Shown here in pieces: positions 36,696 through 42,965 of a stretch of 42,965 nt of DNA (position 1 is the stretch's first letter; each line of letters opens with the position of its first letter). Source of the DNA: Octopus sinensis (taxonomy: Eukaryota); NCBI RefSeq assembly GCF_006345805.1, contig NW_021835857.1, forward strand, positions 1 through 42,965, read 5' to 3'. The notes beneath the pieces were generated by a model, which searched no databases, had not been told where the DNA came from, and saw only the letters and a list, made by a program, of their open reading frames with translations. The translations under genes and the position numbers were made by a program.

Positions 36696-37005
36696 ATAAT
36701 ATATATATATATATTATATATATATATGTATTGTGTGTATGCATATATACATGTATATAAACGTATACATATGTGTGTGTGTAATACATATATATATACA
36801 TTCATACACTGTTGACTCCGTGGCCCTTGGATGAAGAATTCGGAGTTTATGTACGAATTTATAGGCGCCATACTATGTGTTCTCTATACTAAGCATATCT
36901 AACTCTCACTTGTTTGTATATATTAATAAATATATTTACTTACATGTTTACACACATGCATATATAAACACGTATTTATATATACATGTGTGTGTGTGTG
37001 TGTGT

Positions 37006-37039
<34 letters not shown>

Positions 37040-38300
37040 AATGTCTGTGCATTTTTTTTAATGTGAATAAAAAACACGGAAAAAATAAATAGTTACCAGG
37101 GTAGCAAAAAATTCACATAAGTACCAAGGATGTTACAGCCTACTTATTTACTGTTTAGTGAAATGTTTTTGTATGACAGATAAATAAAGAAATGGAGTTA
37201 AACCTAGGTGTTATTCAAATCTTTATACTTCCAACATATGTTTCGGAGAAAACATTGGTATTATTCCAGAGGGAATAAAGTGATGTTAAACAATGCGATC
37301 TTCTCATCAGGAAAAAAAAGAAACAATACACATCAATAAGCCATTTTAACCGAATGTGGTGACTGCATATATGATGAAGGGAACGTTGGTCCCATGAAGC
37401 TAAAGGTGTTAATAAGGTCCTTCTTACGCCTATCGAGTATATGCTGGTTAGTTCCTCTAGAGATAGCCAGAGTGTCATCTACGTAGAAACCAAAGAGAAA
37501 TTAGGGGAACCCTTTCTTTAAGGTGTTAAAAATATATGGCCCTATAAGGTCGCATGTTTCTGTGCTGTCGTAGGCTCCCATCGCTATATCAAAAGAGCCC
37601 ACTGCGTCAGTTTGCTTCAACAAGGCTGAACATTTATTTTTTCTGGCACCATTATCATGTATTTCGCTAACGTCAGTTACATATGAGCGTGTGTATATGC
37701 ATGTATGCGCGTATCTGTGTTATTGACTGCGTACGGGCGCATGTATGCATGTGCCTAAAGTTTAAAGTTTGTCGTCTAGCAAGAGACCCGAATTTTATTG
37801 ATAGACCAGAGTGGCCACCGTAGGTGGCTGCTCTGGTACTGGAAAGAAAGGACTTTTTTTCACATGTCAGGCTCCTTCCCAAGGGTGGATTATAGATTAC
37901 TTTTTTGGGGCCCCGACTCGCGGATGCAGGGATGCCTACAGGCCGCAAGAGAATGTATCGGGGACGTGAGGAAAGAGGTTCATCGCCTCAATGTGTCTAA
38001 TTGCGTTTTTAGTTTAATGGACTTGTTAGTCCAAGGAAATTGTAAAACCTTGTAAATTGTAAGAGGGTTATTACCTCAATATGTGTTTTATTAAAAGAAC
38101 AATGTTATAGAGAAGCAGAGGGTCGGCGGGCGCTTTCTGTCTTCTCCCATCCTTATCATCTTGTATCATTATCATTCGCCTCATCAATGTCTTGTCCAGC
38201 CTGCAAAGCTACTCATCTTTGTACTGTTTTTATGGCAAATGAAATGAGTAAAAGAGAAAGAGACAGGAAAAAACCCCCAAAAAACAAAAACAAACAAATG

Positions 38301-38600
38301 AGGTCCACAGCTCTTCAATATCCTCCTGAAGGACCTGAGAGATCTGCATGGGATGGATGCAGATGTCTTTAAAATAAAACTGGATCTCTTCCTGTCAGGT
38401 GTCCCAGATGAAACAACTTCACGACAGGAGGTGCAGATGAGGGCAGCTGCATCGAACTCTCTCATGCACCAAATGGCAATCGCTAAAAAGCATTCGTGAA
38501 GTAAAATCATGTAGCAACACTGAATGGCGGTGCTCCAGCATGGCCACAGCTCGTGAGCTGAAACTAGATAAAATATGAAATATAAAATATAAATATAAAA
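38301..38600 (+). mobile_element. CR1/L2-type LINE 3' end, second subfamily
   Basis: 38302-38499 encodes GPQLFNILLKDLRDLHGMDADVFKIKLDLFLSGVPDETTSRQEVQMRAAASNSLMHQMAIAKKHS*, then ggcggtgctccagcatggccacagctcgtgagctgaaactag and a (taaaa)n tail. Confidence 0.88.
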
Positions 38601-39206
38601 TATAAAAAAAATAAATGTACCCAAATTTCCTAAGCTGGAATTTTAAAAAGATCAGTACACATAACCTCGATATACTTATTCGACCATGGATTCTCACTCA
38701 GTTTCTCTCACAAACTAACAAAGCACGTAAATGATCTTGCGAACTGAGCGGGTTGCGCTGTACTATCACAGAATATGCTCAAGATTGTGGAAAGAGTGCA
38801 CCTAGTAATGAAACAGAATATCGCATAAAACTATCGCAAGTAAAAAACAATAAAACATTTATATTTGAAATGGATGTAAAGAATATCACTTTCAATAAAC
38901 AAACGTGTTTAGCCTCGCTGTATATAAAATAAACTGAGTGCGCCATTTTTGTTTTTAATCTATCAGAAAATTTGATATCGACTTGAAGAAAGTTTAGTTT
39001 CTTTCTTTGCTTTTTTTTTTATAGATCAAGCTTTTTATAATTATTATTATTTTTTGTTCTGCTTTCAGACACATAAATAAAAGTTGGAAACTGTAGTGTT
39101 ACCACTCATTTTTTCTTTAGTGAGGCAAGAAATATGTTTATCAAAAGAATGAACATCTTACGTTATGTTATAAATTATCTCCAAATCATTGCGGGCTGCA
39201 ATGCAG

Positions 39207-39237
<31 letters not shown>

Positions 39238-39300
39238 CGTGTGTGTGTATACATATACATACATATATATTATGTGTATGTATGTATGCATATATGTAAG

Positions 39301-39335
<35 letters not shown>

Positions 39336-39356
39336 ATGTATATGTGTGTGCGTGTG

Positions 39357-39682
39357 TGTGGCAATGGCCCAGTGGTTAGGGCAGCGGACTCGCAGTTGTA
39401 GGATCACGGTTTCGATTCCCAGACCGGATGTTGTGAGTGTTTACTGAGCGAAAATAGGCGCCGGCAAGGGGTGGTGGCGAACCATACTGTACTCTTTCAC
39501 CACAACTTTCTCTCACTCTTTCTTTCTGTTTCTGCTGTACCTGTAATTCAAAGGACCAGAGAACTACACGTGTCTGTGGAGTGTCTGTGGGTAAAACGTG
39601 TCTGTGGAGTGCTCAGCCACTTGCACGTTAATTTCACGAGCAGGCTGTTCCGTTGATCGGATCAACTGGAACCCTCGTCGGA
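39357..39682 (+). mobile_element. SINE family C-related (shared head, different tail)
   Basis: gcaatggcccagtggttagggcagcggactcgc...ggtttcgattccc; caactttctctcactctttc. Confidence 0.75.
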
Positions 39683-39843
39683 GTGCCAACATACACATAT
39701 TATGAATGAAAAGCAGCGCTATTGTTGTAAACAACATCGACAGCACACACTCAGTATGTATTTCACCTGTTCGCATGTTCGTTGCGTTACAGCGAGCTGG
39801 AGACGACTCCTTCATAGTTAGTTAAAACACTTGAAAGTCATAG

Positions 39844-40046
39844 CGGGGTGAGAGAACTTGCTTGCAGTCTCATCCAGGAATGATGGGTACCGACATTTTG
39901 CTATTTTTTGGGTTTATCAACATCATGCACCTGAAACGAACCGGGGTGAGAGAACTTGCTTGCAGTCTCATCCAGGAATGATGGGTACCAACATTTTGCT
40001 ATTTTTTAGGTTTATCAACATCACGCACCTGAAACGAACCGGGGTG
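39844..40046. repeat. Tandem duplication, two 98-bp units (3 mismatches)
   Basis: cggggtg anchors at 39844, 39942 and 40040. Confidence 0.92.
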
Positions 40047-40048
40047 CA

Positions 40049-40203
40049 AACCGCTAGTTACGGTGACATAAACGAATAAGAACCTTTGAAGGTATGCCAT
40101 GGCAATGTTAAGCTTAATATTCTATCAGGCTCTTTTGCCGAACCGCTAGTTACGGTGACAATAAACGAATAAGAACCTTTGAAGGTATGCCATGGCAATG
40201 TTA
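40049..40203. repeat. Second direct duplication (~62-bp copies, 92-bp period) built partly of SINE-B sequence
   Basis: aaccgctagttacggtgaca(a)taaacgaataagaacctttgaaggtatgccatggcaatgtta at 40049 and 40141. Confidence 0.9.
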
Positions 40204-40301
40204 TGTTAAGTTATATATATATGTAGCCACAGTATATATTCGGACTGTAGCATAAAAGAATGTATATATGTATGTAGGAATATATATATATATATATATA
40301 T

Positions 40302-40647
40302 ACTCTTTTACTCTTTTACTCTTTTACTTGTTTCAGTCATTTGACTGCGGCCATGCTGGAGCACCGCCTTTAGTCGAGCAAATCGACACCGGGACTTATT
40401 CACTGTAAGCCTAGTACTTATTCTATCGGTTCTCTTTTTGCCGAACCGCTAAGTGACGGGGACGTAAGCTCACCAGCATCGGTTGTCAAGCGACGTTGGG
40501 GGGGCAAACACAGACACACAAACACACACACATACATATACATATATATATACATATATACGACAGGCTTCTTTCAGTTTCCGTCTACCAAATCCACTCA
40601 CAAGGCATTGGTCGGCCCGGGGCTATAGCAGAAGACACTTGCCCAAG
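40302..40647 (-). mobile_element. SINE family B, head missing
   Basis: (actctttt)3 tail; body through agaagacacttgcccaag. Confidence 0.92.
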
Positions 40648-40660
40648 ATATATATTATTT

Positions 40661-40901
40661 CATTCTTTTAATTGTTTCAATCATTTAACTGCGGCCACGC
40701 TGGAGCACCGCTTGTAGTCGAGTAAATCTGCCCCAGGACTTGTTTGTAAGCTTAATATTTTATCAGGCTCTTTTGCAGAACCGCTAGTTACGGTGACGTA
40801 AACACTCCAGCATCAGTTGCCAAGCAGTGTTGTTGGAGCGGGAGACAAACACAAAGGCACGAACACATACACACATATACATACATACATACATACATAC
40901 A

Positions 40902-40932
<31 letters not shown>

Positions 40933-41096
40933 GCGACAGGTTTTTTTTCAGTTTCTGTCTACGAAATCCACTCACAAGGCTTTGATCACTCGAGGTTATA
41001 GTAGAAAACACTTGTCCAAGGTGCCACGCAATGGGACTGAACCCGGAACCATGTGGTTGGTAACCAACCTACTTACCACTCAGTTGTCACTCCTGT
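40661..41096 (-). mobile_element. SINE family B, tandem with the previous copy, internal (TATG)n
   Basis: Head caggagtgacaactgagtggtaagtagg...gggttcagtccc. Confidence 0.9.
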
Positions 41097-41346
41097 ATAT
41101 GTATATATGTAATAAAAGAAGGAAAATGCAGGCAAGAGTATTGTGTTTGTCAACCTGTTTTGCTAATCATAACATTGAAATTGTTGTGATTTCGTATTTT
41201 CTTAAGAAGCTTTTAGTCCATGCTCTTGAATGAAAGTTTGTGAATGAATCAACAAGTCGATAAATCTAAGGGGAGGTAATTGGTGATAGTTATTATTCGG
41301 GACAGCAAAGGTAATTCCTCATTTTTGGATGGGAAAAATAAACAAT

Positions 41347-41745
41347 AGGCGCAGGAGTGGCTGTGTGGTAAGTAGTTTGTCTACCAACCACATGGTTCCG
41401 GGTTCAGTCCCACTGCGTGGCACCTTGAGCAAGTGTCTTCTACTATAGCCTCGGGCCGACCAAAGCCTTGTGAGTGGATTTGGTAGACGGAAACTGAAAG
41501 AAGCCCGCCGTATATATGTATATATGACTATATGTGCGTGTGCGTGTGTGTGTCTGTGTTTGTCCCCTGGCATTGCTTGACAACCGATGTTGGTGTGTTT
41601 ACGTCCCCGTCACTTAGCGGTTCGGCAAAAGAGACCGATAGAATAAGTACTGGGCTTACAAAGAATAAGTCCCGGTGTCGATTTGCTCGACTATAGGTGG
41701 TGCTCCAGCATGGCCGCAGTCAAATGACTGAAACAAGTAAAAGAG
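41347..41745 (+). mobile_element. SINE family B, full length, consensus-like
   Basis: aggcgcaggagtggctgtgtggtaagtag...ggttccgggttcagtccc...cagtcaaatgactgaaacaagtaaaagag. Confidence 0.96.
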
Positions 41746-41940
41746 TAGAAAGTGTAAAGAGAGATACATAAACTCATGAGCTAAAGTAGTGACATGAAAT
41801 ATGTACAGTGATGGATATGTGATCATGAATTAAAGTATATACTGAGACCAAAGTTGGTTATGCAATCATATTTAGGCGTGTTCTGTATTTTTCGATAAAT
41901 AAATTTTCTTTATTTAAATATTCTCGTACAGAAATTGTTA

Positions 41941-42135
41941 TGGCGAGCTGGCAGAAACGTTAGCACGCCGGACAAAAGGCTCTGCATCATTTCGTGCAAC
42001 TCTAGGTTCAAATGTCATGGAGTTCTGAGTTCAAATTTGCCTTTCATTCTTTTGGGGTGGATGAAATATAAACCAGCTGAACACGGGGATCGACGTAATC
42101 GACTAGACCCATGCGGAACTAATGCCTTGTGCCTA
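41941..42135 (+). mobile_element. Old SINE family A-related copy
   Basis: tggcgagctggcagaaacgttagcacgccgg...ggggatcgacgtaatcgact. Confidence 0.7.
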
Positions 42136-42159
42136 TAGAGGAAAAGATTATAATATATA

Positions 42160-42197
<38 letters not shown>

Positions 42198-42334
42198 CAC
42201 ACACACAAATATATACATATTTTATTAAAATAACCGAGAAAAACAGAAAAAGACAACAAGAAAAAACGACAACAGCGAGAGGACTTAGCACATGCAAAGT
42301 AATTAATAAGACGCTCGGAGAAGGAAAAGAGTAG

Positions 42335-42373
42335 CTGTTTTACATTTCGAGCATAACTCTTCCTCGGAGACAG
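42335..42373 (-). ncRNA. Minimal type-I hammerhead-like motif in a Penelope-like fragment (about 42230-42430)
   Basis: ctgtct-ccgagga-a-gagt-tat-gctc-gaa-atgt-a-aaacag: stem I differs from the 17939 copy but still pairs (5/6); GUA triplet. Confidence 0.5.
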
Positions 42374-42490
42374 GAAGAGCAGGGAAGTCCAAAGGAAAAG
42401 GATGGAGGAAAAATAATCGCCAATAGTCCACGTTTAGTTACATTTTCAAGTGACCGGAAATAGGAGAAAGACAAAGTGTTTTCTGGGACA

Positions 42491-42535
<45 letters not shown>

Positions 42536-42965
42536 GAGAAAGAAAGAGGGAAAGAAAGAGTGAGAGAGAGAGAGAAAAAGCGTTAGATAGATAGATAGAT
42601 AGATAGATATAGCTGTTTCTTTGCAGAAGCAGGACGACCAAATGTCATTTTTAATAGCCCCAGGTCGACCCAGACACTGGGTAAACTGTACTTGTTTACA
42701 TAATCTAAAAACCAAAGTCTTGTGACATTGAATATCACGCTGATTTTACCAAAGAATTACTTTAAGAGTACACGTATCAGTACAACGCTCATCTTCGTCC
42801 ACGTGACGTCTATGTCTGGGGTAATGGTTTGTAATCGTATCTTTAACACACCTCTTGCGTGGCATCTTATAAAGGCAGGGTTAATGTTCCTCTAAACAGT
42901 TGCAAGTTTAAATTTCCAAGGAAAACACGACTGAGAAGCATTTACGGGGTGTCGGCTTCCTTGGA

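Overview
Eukaryotic, AT-rich, microsatellite- and retroposon-saturated DNA. The SINE families, (TATC)n/(TATG)n/(TA)n tracts and TE relics point to a coleoid cephalopod, most likely Octopus; this is inferred from repeat content. No complete host gene is recognisable, so the window looks intronic or intergenic, and almost all long ORFs in the track are microsatellite artefacts. Supported content: four tRNA-headed SINE families (working labels A-D, about 30 copies), a broken D,D34D mariner (2390-4762, -), a decayed Ty3/gypsy K02A2.6-like gag-protease fragment (about 9750-11390, -), two CR1/L2-type LINE 3' ends, a Tc1/mariner C-terminal relic, a pogo-like MITE, and Penelope-like fragments with minimal hammerhead-ribozyme motifs. 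The standout is a chimeric retroposon at 3061-4305. A family-A SINE is split in two around a 1031-bp intronless protein-coding cargo, the whole unit is flanked by one perfect 16-bp TSD, and it sits inside the mariner transposase. Tandem family-A multimers with recurrent junctions, plus a target site resembling the next-monomer sequence, suggest a jump-prone or multimer-templated retrotransposition system able to capture host mRNA. That mechanism is inference and has not been tested here.
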